This document shows positions 1-13,217 of a stretch of DNA of 64,000 bases, in pieces. The position numbers and the translations under genes are program-made. How positions within the stretch are numbered: the stretch's first letter is position 1; the number at the start of each line of letters is the position of its first letter. The DNA lies in assembly GCF_006345805.1 (NCBI RefSeq), contig NC_043003.1:32550001-32614000 (forward strand), in the 5' to 3' direction. This stretch comes from Octopus sinensis. Its lineage: Eukaryota. Below the pieces are notes generated by a model. That model did no database searches, was not told where the DNA came from, and was given only the letters and a program-made list of their open reading frames with translations.

Positions 1-163
1 TCCGAGCGAAATGTTAATTAATTAATGACGTAAACAAAACAACACCAGTTATATGGCGAGGATCCACATCAAAAACAAACACCAATACGCACGGGGACAC
101 ACACACATACACAACACACACACACACACACACATACATACATATATATATATATATATATGT

Positions 164-221
<58 letters not shown>

Positions 222-225
<4 letters not shown>

Positions 226-420
226 AAAGTTTACGAAAAAACAAAAGACAAAGACAGGTGGTGTACAAAACAAACAGATGTATTAGTATAACGCTCCAGA
301 ATAGAAAAAGTCTTTTACGTTTCGAGCCTACGCTCTACTACAGAAAGGTACACAGAAAAAACAAGGAGAGAAACAAGGAGAGAAAAAATGTGTGTAGTGG
401 CTAACGATCTATCATGGCGA
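222..420 (-). mobile_element. Penelope-like terminal fragment with degenerate hammerhead-like motif; same family as 59630-59806
   Basis: Reverse complement of 59630-59806. Minus strand reads CTTT-CTGTAGTA-GAGC(GTAG)GCTC-GAAACG-TA-AAAG. Abuts a (TA)n tract. Confidence 0.55.
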
Positions 421-869
421 CTAGTGCCGGACAGAGGGGTCAGACAGGAGAAGGAAAGTAGGGGAGATAACAAGGTAAAGATCACCCCCAACACAAAGGT
501 GTGTGTGTGTATAAGAGAGTATTACGTGCCTGTGAAAGAGGGCTGGTGGTCTGGACGTGTCTGTGTATGTAGGTGTAGGTGTGAAGATGTGGGGATGGGT
601 GTATGGGTGGTATGTGATTTTTTAAAATTATTAGTGACAGAAACAATATTAGTACAAAATGATATCCTCCATATCTAAACTGAACACTGCGTGATCCTCT
701 CATATAGGAACTCGACGCATCAAAGGCCATACATAGATCGTTGCAGATAAGAATTGTCTGTCATTGGTGTGAAAGCGCCTACATCAGTGTCCGGTCACCT
801 CATGCCAGTCGAATCTTGATGTCACAGGTACAATACCACCATCTTTTCAGACACGGATGTTGCAAATAG

Positions 870-928
870 CCACCAGGCAAGCCTTGTGAGTGGATTTGGT
901 AGACGGAAACTAAAAGAAGCCCGGAGTA

Positions 929-961
<33 letters not shown>

Positions 962-1125
962 GTGTGTTAGTGTGTCTGTGTTTGTCCCCCCATCATCGCT
1001 TGACAACCGATGGAGGAGGGGGTGTTTACTTCCCCGTAACATTAGCGGTTCGGCAAAAGAGACCGATAGAATAAGTACTAGGCTTACAAAGAATAAGACC
1101 TGGGGTCTATTTGCTCGACTAAAGG

Positions 1126-1128
<3 letters not shown>
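870..1128 (+). mobile_element. SINE family A, 5'-truncated copy with internal microsatellite
   Basis: GCCTTGTGAGTGGATTTGGTAGACGGAAAC...GAATAAGTACTAGGCTTACAAAGAATAAG matches the full copy at 38143-38533. Confidence 0.85.
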
Positions 1129-1175
<47 letters not shown>

Positions 1176-1864
1176 TCTTGCTCAAGAACACAACACGCAG
1201 CCCAGTCCGGGAATCGAACTCACAACCTCACGATCTACTTAATCCGTTTGTCTTTCCTTGTTTGTCCCCTCTGTGTGTAGCCCCTTGTATATATATATAT
1301 GTATATGACTCTCGTTGCACACACGTGACTAACGACTATCCATATTTCTTTCTTCCACTTCTTTCCTAAAAACAAGACGTGCTTTTTCTTGTTGCTTCTC
1401 AAAGCTCGTTTTCCCAGCGTTCCCCACTTCACATCGCCTTGGCTTAAGAGCACTCACCGTTTGTTTTTACTGTTTTCTTCTTACTTTCCTGCTTTTGTTA
1501 CCACTTTAACCCTCCGCAGAAAATACTAAATTTTATTTACTTTGCTTTTCGGGAAAGACTGTTTTAATGAAGTCGCGTCTTGTCCCTACCTTCGATACGC
1601 GGAGTAGATAAAACAGGGGACAACTGATGAAGGGAATATTCTTTATGTTGCCTGTCTCGTTTCTCTATTTGTTTTTTTTTCATTGTTCGAAAAAGAGATA
1701 GTTTTCTATGTTTTTGTTTTTATGTTTCGTTTCTCATTTTGTCATTTTTTGATGTCCTGTACCCATATATGCATGTATATATACATATATATGTCGGTAT
1801 GTACATACATGTATGTATGCATATATTCATATATTATTCATATACAAATATATATGTGTGTGTG

Positions 1865-1919
<55 letters not shown>

Positions 1920-1942
1920 GTGTGTGCGTGCGTGTGTGTATA

Positions 1943-3590
1943 CTAGCAGAAACACTCATCATTGACCTGGTTAAAAGAAGCTGCCAAAATCGTGCTATGA
2001 ATATTCAAAGTTATTCACTTAGATTGTATTGAACATATATAAGAAATAGTTGTTAACTTTCATGTAGACGATAAAACTGTTTTCATCTAGCCAATATTTT
2101 CATGGGTGCACATAAACGTCTGATTTATGAACTATAGTATTTCCGTCTAAAATTGAAAGAAACATCGCACACACTTTGGCTTATGTTTAGTGCAAGATAT
2201 GTAAATAAAAGTTCGGGGAAAACTAAAAAGATATGTACTATAGTTTATTGAACTTAAATACTACAAGAAACTAAAATACAAATAGCTTTTCTAAGACGAA
2301 TATAGTGTGACGTTGACAATATCAGTTCAAAGTTATTAATCATTCTGCAAATATTTGCTCGTTGGTCCTATAGTAAAAACTTCCTTATAGACAATGTTTT
2401 GGGTTTTACCAGTAGGACGAAAATAAAAATATAGTTCTTGCTCCCCACTCTAGATGTCCCAACATGTAACTGACTGTGTGAGAAATAGTCCTCTTCTAAA
2501 TGCAAACCAACAACTTTCAGGACTTATTAATGAACATCTCAAAAGACAGACGTATTGGAAATTGAAGTCATTTGAACTCGAAGGGCATATTGAAAAGTAT
2601 TAAATGTAAGCGTGTAATAAAAACATCTTCACCTTTTTCACAGCCAGAAATTATTGTGAGCTTTATGATATTTCTCATTAATTTCTTGACAACAACTCTT
2701 GTGCCATTGCACAGCTTAGTTGTGAAAGGTTACACGGAAGCATGATTGGAGGCAATAAAGAAGAGCTCCTGGTGACTGCAGTGAGTTTAATAACTCAGCC
2801 GGGTAATTGACTATTTCCGATTCACCCTCAACAGAGCCTACATATTTGTATGTTCGTTTCCTGGCAAAAGTTTCTCGAGTCTTTCATTTAAATTATTCAC
2901 AGTAACGTGTTTTGGTGCCATAATTGCTCTTCCGCACATACAAGCAGCATTTGTGCAATTTGAAATCTTTTTCAATAAGCTTCTCAATCAAGCAGACCAA
3001 GGTGCAGATTTTTGATGGATTCAAATCACCTTCATGATTGATATCTAGCCTTCCTTCTCCAAGTTGTAAAATAGTATGGGCAAATTGTTCCAACAGAAGA
3101 TCCCCATGCAAATGTGCCCTCATATTTGTAGAAAGCTTTAATACTTTGATGTTTCCATAAAATAAAAGATTTCAAGCATACTTTCAATTCAGCTAACCTG
3201 GGAATCACTAGCAAAGTTTCTCTGAAACCACCTGAAAGTATTGCTGACACACCTCGCATCAAACAGTTGGAATTGCGCAAATACTGCAATATTCTGTTAA
3301 CAGTTTCTACTGATTTTTTATGAGGCACTGTAGCTTCGTCCCATATGAGCAAAGACCATTTCATGAGAACTTGAGCTAAAGAAGAACTTTTACTAATATT
3401 GCAGACAGACTTATCATTTGAAGTTAGTTTGAATGGTAGTTTGATTGCTGCGTGAGCTATTCGACTTCTTGAGAGTAAAATCGTAGCAATTCCAGTGCTC
3501 GCTACCGCAAAGTTTCTTTCTTATTTCTGCCGGACATTGGCTTTTCTAGTTCCTCCATGGTGTGTCTAAAATATATCATCCTCCCCGCTT
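1943..3590 (-). mobile_element. Helitron remnant: 3' CTAG end plus frameshifted PIF1-type helicase (RepHel) pseudogene
   Basis: Minus-strand peptides AVASTGIATILLSRSRIAHAAIKLP, LLIWDEATVPHKKSVETVNRILQYLRNSNCLMRGVSAILSGGFRETLLVIPR and FSHSQLHVGTSRVG match Helitron PIF1 motifs (VASSGIAA..L..GRTAHS, WDE..M, GDFRQ.LPV, HGQLYV..SRV). Terminal CTAG at 1943-1946. Confidence 0.9.
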
Positions 3591-3609
3591 ATGTGTCACT
3601 TGGTCAATG

Positions 3610-4732
3610 ATTGTTGTATATACAAGTTGTTGGTCTGGCAAAAGTTTCGGGACATTTTCTTAAGGAATCTTGTTAATGAATCAATATCTAACAAAACTTC
3701 TGACTATAGAGGCTTTTCGGGTTTCTTTGGTGTAATGAGGGCGCTCATTAACCTCTTTCTCAACTACGCTCCTTACATAGTAGTGCAATGGATTGAGATA
3801 TGGGGAGCTAGGCGGGGAAATGTTGAGGGTTATGTGGTCATGAAAATTTTCGGTGCATACATTATCGAACCATTGTATTCAGAACATCTATGTAGGCAGC
3901 AGAGTTTACTCGAAGACCTTGTAGAAAGAAGTGAGGAGGCATCATATGTCCTTTATTGCTGAAAACCCCCAAAACCATGACAGTTTCAGGGAATTTTGTA
4001 TTCATTACTCTTGGATCTTCCGAAGGCATCTGTCATTTCTTAGTTACGTCTTGTCATCATTAGTTACGTCTGTCATCATTAGTTACGTCTTGTTGCGATC
4101 TGACTTCAAGTTCGTAGGCAACTGTCATTTCTTCTATTTATTTTTTGATCTTGATCAAAGTTTTTCTCATCTGAGAAGAACCAAATTACATCTTTCTCTA
4201 CAGGGTTTTTAAGTTTGTTAGGGAGTCTATTTGATGTGATTAAGCGATTTTCCTTCACTGTTTCTGACATGAAATGACCTTTTCTCATCGCATAACATTT
4301 TATCTCAGGTTTTTTTCTTTTTTTTTTTTGGACAACATTTCGGATTGTTCCTTCTGACACATGATGTGCAATCATGGATCTTCTGGGATAGTCATCAATG
4401 ATCTGCTTTACTTGTTGAATAAATTCTGGTATTCTAATAGTATCAGTGCATCTACAATATTTCTTACGTTTTGATACTGGCGATACATTTCCGTCTTTAG
4501 CCTATAACTACTTGCGAATTTTGTAGACAAAGGATCTAGCGACTTATAAAAATCGTGGTATTTCTAAATTGCTACATTCAGCCTTTATAGTAACGATGAC
4601 TGCGTGCCTGTTCTTTTCTTGTGTAATCATAGGGTCTTCCATTGATAATTCTGAAATATAGAAAACATTAAGTTGATAAATATGCTGCTATAGTAAAATT
4701 AACATATGTTCTCAAATACCTTACGCACTCTG
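3610..4732 (-). pseudogene. Tc1/mariner transposase remnant, DDxD type (maT/DD37D-like), internally deleted
   Basis: Minus-strand peptides DVIWFFSDEKNFDQDQKINRRND, GHMMPPHFFLQGLRVN and PPSSPYLNPLHYYVRSVVEKEVNERPH. The region with the second catalytic D is missing. Confidence 0.8.
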
Positions 4733-6439
4733 TGTATATGTGTGTGTGTGTGTGTATGTGTGTGTGTGTGTGTGTGGTGTGTGTGTGTGTATGTGTATAT
4801 GTTTGTCTGTGTATACTAGCAACAGCGAAGAAATGAGCGAGCCTAGATTTGAATAAATGAACGTCAACTTTGCTGTCCATCCATTTTGGATATTAAGTAA
4901 AGTACCAGTTTAAGGCGTGGATTTATGAAAGATATATATATATATATATATATATATACATTTATATAAACGTACATACAGCTCTCTCTCTCTCTATATA
5001 TATATATATACACACATTCATATACATATGTATATATATATATGTATGTATATATATATACATATGCATATATATACATATACATATAAATACGTAGATA
5101 TATATATATAAATATGCGTGTGTGTGTGTGTATGTGTGTGTGTGTGCGTGTGTGTCTGTGTGTGTGTGTGTGTATGTGTGTGTGTGTGTGTGCATGTATA
5201 TATACACACGTACTTGCACATATACGTATGTGTGGATTTGAACAAAACACTGCCATTTGCTGTTAGCTACATTTCAGTTTAAAGTAACATAAATAACAAA
5301 GGATTTCGGAAGTCTTCATATTTGTTTAATATTCAATTCCTCATGGGAGTAAGAATTATAACCGAAGACTATAGAATATTTTTCTAAACATTTCTTCGAG
5401 TAAATACAATAATCTTATTGCTTACAGTATCTTGTAGTATATTTGCAATTCTCTCAAGTGTCAATATTTTTAAAATTTTATTTTTACTATTGTTGACGCA
5501 ATTACGTAAACAGGTAGAACATCAGGAAAATGTCTTGCGGCGTTTAGTTACGTCTTGTTGCGATCTGACTTCAAATCCTGACTAGTTTCAACTTTGTATT
5601 CTATCTACCGGTTTTCGTTAAAATTAGTGTCTTCCAACTAGAAGAAACGATCTAAAACTATCTGCACTCTATCTACTTCCATGATTGTAGTCTTATGTCT
5701 ATGTTAGAAATGCTTATTCTAAGGAATCAGAGTATTAGATTGGCAGAATAGCTAAAGTAGTGGAATTTATGTAACTGACTAATCTCCCTTTAAAATTACT
5801 ACTCTTGTGTGCGTAAATTAATAATTATCTCCAAAAACGCTCAGTGGTTGGCGTTGCCGAATCATTAGAGTTCGAAAAAATTACCTTACAGCATTTGTAG
5901 CAGCTTTGTGCCTTCTGGACACAAACACAACAGAGATATAGAATATAGTACTAGTCAATTACAGGAATCAATTTAATTGACTAATTCTTACCTTCACTGT
6001 TTTGGTATTGTGCCAGAGATTCTACAAATATTTTGAAAAATCGATAGATAAAACTCATTGCGTCATTATTTACGTCTCTTTGTATTATGTATTCAGTTCG
6101 TACATGGGTCAAATTTGCCTTTCACTCTTTCGATGTTGATAATTAACTATCCCGCTTAAATGCACAACCACGTGAGATCAATATTGTTTATGACTAAGCG
6201 ATTATTTTTAAATGCTGAATGTCTTCCTTAAAAGAAATTGGAGCATATATTATCGAACCCCTGAAGGTCTTGTTAAATTAATAATATTTTTAACCGCATA
6301 CGATGTTTGTCAACCTAGCGTGGTGAAGTTAAGTGTAACATGCTGTATTAGACTCTACTTCGACCTTGTCTTTGGTCAAACACTTCTGCACACTAACCAT
6401 AAATCTTAGCATTTGGCTTTATATCTCACAAATAGTAGA

Positions 6440-8090
6440 CAAAAACCTGGGCAATAGACATGTATATTGCCCGGTTTAGCAGCCCCAAATAATATCTGAA
6501 CGCCTTTAACAGACTCCATAATGTTGCAAGCATTTAGACCAGCTTTCTTCCAACAAGTATTTAGACTAAGTTTTCTGTAAGGCAATCAAAAGGTCTTTTG
6601 TCCTTTTCGTGTTTAAATGCACCGGTTATATACTTAAGATAAATCTTATGATTTCATGATTTGTTTTTGCCGTTTTTCGTTATTATGTCCATGGAGAAAG
6701 AATACCATAACGAGCATTTTAGGTTCATTCAAGATAAGCAATAGCGTATCAGAAAGAATGTGAGCTGCGGTCAGCGTGGAAGAGGCTTCTATAGAGAAGA
6801 TGTTATTGGTGTAGAGATGGCAAGAGATTATATAAGTTTTCTGTAAGGCAATCACATAGAATTGAGTAACAAGTGAAGTGTGAACATTTAAATACATTGG
6901 CACAAAAGTGGTTCTCTGAGTTAAGTAGCGGAGACAGAAGGAGGTACGAGAGCGGGAAAGAATGCATTTCTGGGTTGGAAGTGACATTTGAGGTTTGGAC
7001 ATTATTAGATGTATGTTATAGTTCAGCTTTTGCTCGGATGTTTAAAGGTGCAGGAAAAACAAGACGGCAGATTTCAATCATATGTATAAATGGTTTGTTA
7101 TAACATTACAAGAGATAAAATAGCCATAAAGCAATCAGGAAACTGGATCAGGAATGGCAATACTCTTGTATCAGACAATCATTCAAATACAAACAAAATA
7201 TGACCTCGCAGATCAGAACTATTATAACATGTAATAAGTGCCCCAAATAACTTAACATGGAAAATTACTGTTTATTCAGCAAAATCCTTTCAAAGCAGTT
7301 CAATTATCGATGCTACCATCCCATGGAGAAATACTGACGTCACAATTTCCCATTTCTTTTCTTTTTGATAGATCTTAACCTTGATGCTCACATAAGAAAT
7401 AATTATTCTTGATGCTTTCTTGATAAGAATGGCGATATAAATAATAACGTTGATTTCTTGCATTACATTAGAAGAACGATTCCATTCGTTTATTTCCATT
7501 AAACTTTCTCTGTTGAAAGATTGAGTTCACTGAAAGAATCCCATTATAAACAGAAAGATTGGAATTCAATTCAGTTTCTTGTCATTGTATATAATTATAG
7601 TGAAAAACTAGAATGCCAATAACCATATTTTTTATTGATATATTCATGTTTGGACGTTGCTTAATGCATCATTTCCTTTCCTAATATATTTTTGTCGCTA
7701 TCATTATTGTTGTTTATTTATATTTATTAGTATTGTTTCTGATTTTGTAACAATTTCCATGCTTTTTTTTTTATTGGTATTATGTTTGTTTTGGGCTCAT
7801 CATTATTTGTTTCAAACACATGTGTACGGTAGATATATATGGATGTATGTGTATGTGTCGTAATTTATTTTCGAATAGCTGTTCTTAATTCTAGAACTCC
7901 TGTAAACGCTGAAACTAATCAAAGAAGAAACAGATAAAATTTAACAAAAACAGTGATTCAGAATTATGAATAGAAATTGTTCCATTCTTCCATCTGCTGG
8001 AGTCTCAGAATTCCATTTTATTCTAATCGTTTTATCTCTCTCCAAAGATTGATATCACAAGCCCATTCTGATTTTTGGTCCCTGATTATC
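6440..8090 (-). mobile_element. Highly decayed LINE reverse transcriptase-like remnant
   Basis: Only faint motif echoes (GP..G-like near 8070, IIELL near 7300, VKLFG near 7245). Many stops. Confidence 0.3.
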
Positions 8091-9573
8091 ATAACAAATG
8101 ACCAGCGGAAAGAAATTTAAATAGAAAAAAACTGAATCTTTTTGATTTTCCAGAACAATTTTCATTTATGTATATTTTCTCACAAAATATATTGCCTGTA
8201 TGTTCTGTTTGCTTGTTTCACCAGAGATGATTGTAAAAGGTAAACCAGTAACCGCCTTTTTTCAGCGGTTATCTGATTATTTCTTAGGAATCAACGTTTT
8301 AATACCAAAATGTTAAGCGTGATTACTCCAAACATAGACCAAATGAGTTGTTTGAGAGGCCAAAACACCACTGATCTTATCATAAATCGATTTTAATTTA
8401 GGAACCAAGGCAAATGAACAACAAAATTAGGAAGAACACCACCATCATAATGCAAGATTTGATTGTATGGCAGAGCTAACATCGTCATTCTAGGACATGT
8501 ATTTAAAACATATTGCAGGATAATCTATATTATTAAAATTAACTGTTGCCCTAAAATATTACTCAGAATTTCTGGACAACTACCTATCTTCTGATCATAA
8601 TTAAATATGAAGTCATTTTTAACAATTTAAAAGAAAAATTTAACACCGAATACTGCGTTATTAGTACTTGGTGCATAAATGCACAAAACATTGATAGTAG
8701 ATAGTATCGGACGGTAATCGTTTGTCATGGGCGCCAGAATTCCCATATATGATTTCATTCTACAGGAAATCATCAGTGGAGGGCGTCCGGCCACTGCATG
8801 CCAGTAAAATATCGCTGTTGTGGCATATAAAATATCAGCATCTTTTCCGACACTGATGTGTGTGTGTCTGTGTCTGTGTCTGTGTGTGGTTATAGATATA
8901 GACGTGTATACCTATATTCATATATGAATGTATCTATGTAAGCAATCCTTGGCTAAACTCCAATGGATTAATACAGAGTTAGAATGATGCCTATACAAGT
9001 TTTGTACACTCTATATTATCACAAAACTTATTGAAAATAAATAACTACATTTGTGTCTGTCTCAATATAGCGAAATTATTCTTCGTTTTTACATATTTTA
9101 GTTGAGAGAAAAAGCAGCCCCCAGGTTTTATTGCATGGCCCCCGAAACTATTAGGAAGGATGCAGGTAACTATCCTCAAGCTGGAATGCTTACAACAGAG
9201 TGGCTACTGCAAAAAAAAAGAGAAAATTCAAGAAGATACCAGGAGGTAGTGTTAAAACAGTTGATGAGTTAATTCTACCATCCAATTAAACCATTGTGAG
9301 ACTTGAATTCAGAACTCAAAGAGCCGGAATAAATACCGTCTACCCACCGCTTTAGATTGGTATATTTATATCAACCACGAATGGAGGAAAAGTGAAGTTG
9401 ACCTCAGTTAGATTTGAATTCTAGGAGTACATAGATAAAATACTGTAAAGCATTTTGTACAACGCTCTAACGACTTTGCCAGTGCACCACCTGTTAGGGC
9501 ATTTTTAAACCGCTTCGAGTGATGAACTGTTACTTCTTTTATACACATATTCTATATGATAATCTATTTGTCT

Positions 9574-9970
9574 TACGAGGTGGTATGAAAAAATTCCACC
9601 TTGCTCAGGCAGTATACCGGGTGACAGCGTTGTGTTTACTTCACAAGATGTGAAATTAGTGATTTTGTGATCACCCGTATGTTGTAGACTGCGATTTTGT
9701 CATGGACAGGAACAAAGAGCCAACGTGGAATTTTGCGTTAAACTTGAGAGGTCTTCTACAGAGACATTGAGTATGCTTCGGTAAGTTTACGGCGACGAGG
9801 CAGTAGATCGTACGTAATGTTTCAAGTGGCATGGGCGCTTCAAAAGCAGAAGAACGTCCCTGAAAGACGATGAACTATCTGGAAGACCTACCACGAGTGT
9901 CACTCAAGAAAATGTGATATTGTGCATCGAGAATTCAGCTCCCAGGGTCAGACCATCAATCGACGTTTTG
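9574..9970 (+). pseudogene. mariner transposase 5' fragment (HTH domains)
   Basis: EQRANVEFCVKLERSSTETLSMLR*VYGDEAVDRT*CFKWHGRFKSRRTSLKDDELSGRPTTS, preceded by a TA-CGAGG-type end. Confidence 0.85.
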
Positions 9971-9984
9971 AAGCATTAAATTTT

Positions 9985-10240
9985 TTTTTTTTACTTGTTT
10001 CAGTCATTTGACTGTGGGCATGCTGAAGCACCACCTTTTTTAGTTGCGCATAAATAGAAAATAAGGTGGGAGAAAATAGTACTCGAATACCGAAGGTAGA
10101 GTAATATGCTCTCATTAAAGTTGCAGAAATTTTCACAAATTGTTGCTCAGACTTTTACGTTAGTAGAAAACACTTGCTCAAGGTGCCGTGCAGTGGAACT
10201 GAACCTAAAACAACCTAATTGCAAAGCGAGCTTCTTACCT
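9985..10240 (-). mobile_element. SINE family A, decayed copy (tail and head pieces)
   Basis: TTTTACTTGTTTCAGTCATTTGACTGTGGGCATGCTGAAGCACC and CAAGGTGCCGTGCAGTGGAACTGAACC are reverse complements of the family A ends. Confidence 0.65.
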
Positions 10241-11570
10241 CCTCACAGTTAAATGCTGTATACATATCATTATAGTAAAGTGAGAATTATTGTTATCTAA
10301 TATGAACTAGAAGCTTGTCTTCTAAACAGCTGAATTGTATGCGATTAAATCCTGTCGCTACAGTTGGTTCTCTCTTCTGCTCGTCAGGTTAAATAACGTA
10401 TACGCATCGACTGTAAGTGGTGACACTAACGTGATGGGTCACACAATCCTATCATTTCTTCAACATATCCGTTCACATAATATGACATATTAATTAAACA
10501 ACATATTGACTTTTCCTCAACAATGCCCAGTCGATTGACTAATCTTTTGTTTTCTGTGTTTTTTCTTTCTTTCTTTTGCTATGGTTTACTGTCTATCATT
10601 TCAAATTTCTATTACGCAATGCGCATGCGGCTGTGTGTTGATACTTTGCTTGTGTTATCATCATCATCATCATCATTATCATCCTCATCATTGTTCTCAT
10701 CATGCACATTGCATCATTGTCGTCGTCATTCCCTTTATTATTATCATCATCAGTAATTGTAAGCGCCATTGCAGTCATCACGAAGATGCTTTAGTATTCT
10801 GTGATGTCTTCATTTACATCAGTTAATACACCAGTTGCTTTAGTAATGACTTTGTCCAAGTTTGGAAAGTTTCAAAATGCTTTTTATATAAATTCTTCGT
10901 AATCATAAACCCAATGTTGTATGCAGTGTTTCATTCTTTTCATCTAGTACACCATTGCTTACTAATTTCCCTTGGGCTTCTTAGTTGACTAATATGTCTC
11001 AATATATCTGAGAGTGATAATGACCATTGGATCAGCTTTAAATCCGGTTTCAAAGGGAAATCTTTATCTCAATTCAGTGATCAAAGAGCTAAAAGTAATC
11101 CCATTCAATAGAAGTCACCTCATCGCAGTATGAAAGAAAATTATTACGTCCATAAAACCCATCCTCTCATAATACCTGAACAAAACATGATGTATTACTC
11201 GGGTAGGAATGAAATTGAGGAAGAAAATAAGACTCAGTAACTTTCTGAGAAACCATTTCCAGATTTTCTGGAAGGTTTCACTTCGTTAATACATATTAAT
11301 GAAGAACACAAGGTGTTGCCAATTTTGCGTTACAAGATTTATTTTTGGAATTTACTCCAATCGGATTCCATGGGTCACTTTAAGGCGGAGATTTAGTGGA
11401 ATTAGTGGAATGGTATTAAAACCACAAAACACTGTATCTACTTATTTAAGGTAACAATTGGAAGATAGCAATACAATAATTGACAAAAATTTTACATGAA
11501 ATGCAATAGTTTTAAATGAAATGAGAAGGTAATAAAAGAATAGACGAAAAGACCAATAGCAATAAAATAC

Positions 11571-11703
11571 GGTAAATGAGATAATACTAAAAAGCTAAGA
11601 GCTAATAAACTGTGTTTGCGTCCCCGGCTACGTTACAGGGACATAAACACAGACACAAACACACACACACACACATGTGTATGTGTATATATATATATAT
11701 ATA

Positions 11704-11747
<44 letters not shown>

Positions 11748-11829
11748 GTATATATATATATATGTAACGTAGCCGGGGACGCAAACACAGTTTATTAGCT
11801 CTTAGCTCTTTAGTGTTATCTCATTTACC
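11571..11829. repeat. Inverted repeat, 67-bp arms around a CA/TA microsatellite spacer
   Basis: 11571-11637 is the reverse complement of 11763-11829 with 2 mismatches. Confidence 0.9.
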
Positions 11830-11904
11830 ATATATATATGTGCGTGTGTGTGTGTGTGTGTATATATATATGGATATATATATATATGTGTGTATATATA
11901 TATA

Positions 11905-11933
<29 letters not shown>

Positions 11934-11935
<2 letters not shown>

Positions 11936-12128
11936 TGTTGTATTTCAGAATGGTCATTTTGCCAGTTTAGCCAATAAAAACGCACGCACTATATATTTGG
12001 TGTTACTTTGCTTCAGTGTTATTTATTTTTTACATTAAACTTAATCTTATTTCGGCCAGTGGTTATTATATAGTGCGTGTGTTTTTATTGGCTAAACTGG
12101 CAAAATGACCATTCCGAAATACAACAAT
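11934..12128. repeat. Inverted repeat, ~61-bp arms
   Basis: ATTGTTGTATTTCAGAATGGTCATTTTGCCAG...CACTATAT (11934-11994) is near-identical to the reverse complement of 12068-12128. Confidence 0.9.
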
Positions 12129-12186
12129 ATCTGTTTCAACACACGATTTCACATAAAAAATCTTACACAACAAATATATGAACGTG

Positions 12187-12445
<259 letters not shown>

Positions 12446-12588
12446 ACGATGTGTTTCAGTTTGCGTCTGCCGAATCCACTCGCAATGCTTTGGTCGGTCC
12501 GAGGCTCTATAGTAAAAGACATTTACGCAGTGGGGTTGAACCCGGAACCATGTAGTTCGGAAGCAAACTTCTTACCACACAGCCGCGT
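12446..12588 (-). mobile_element. SINE family A head
   Basis: Minus strand reads CGCGGCTGTGTGGTAAGAAGTTTGCTTCCGAACTACATGGTTCCGGGTTCAACCCCACTGCG, with Pol III A- and B-box-like motifs. Confidence 0.75.
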
Positions 12589-13217
12589 AATCAATAACTT
12601 GTTGAAAAACAACTTGAGACATTTCACAAATATTTCAGATAATTCAATCAACAGAAAGTGGAATGTCGTGACTGTTATATTTTAGTTCGTACCCATATCA
12701 TACACGAAGTGGTGCCGAAAAGTATCTGGCCTTTAGGGTATCGCAAAAGGCCTGGTTATAAGCCCAACCTTCCGTCTTCTTTTTCAAGGCTTAGAAAAAC
12801 TGAAAGATCGCTGTAATATGTGTGTGGATCTGAGGCAGGAATATCTTGAATCAAATCATAACTACCTGATCCTTCTGAATTTACTTTTACACAGAGCCAG
12901 GAACTTTTCAGAACCCTCCCGGTGCAAAGTAAAACCAGCTTGTCGGAATTGTCGTAGGGTTTCTTTGTATTTGCTATAACTGTGGAATGTGACAGAAAAC
13001 TGCAAGCATTAGTTTTCTTGTTAGAAATTAGATTTGAAGCCATGTTTGTGTAGTTCTCAGCGTAGCTCTCTTAACTTCACAAGTAGGGTGGCTTAACTTG
13101 TAGGTATTACGTTAGTGTTAAAGAACTCAATGCATCATTTCCAAGAAGTTTTCATCAGAGTGGTTACTAAGGATTTAATTCATCTTCAAAAATTAAATCT
13201 GAACCATATTGTACTAG

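Noticed and set aside
1615-1660. CTGATGA followed by a hairpin (hammerhead-like)
   Set aside because: No GAAA strand or stem III follows, so the core is incomplete.
12756-13043. 95-aa ORF of normal composition
   Set aside because: No recognisable motif or splice context. The length is within chance range.
13125-13165. Minus-strand CTGATGA...GAAA match
   Set aside because: Stem I does not pair in register and stem II is only 2 bp.
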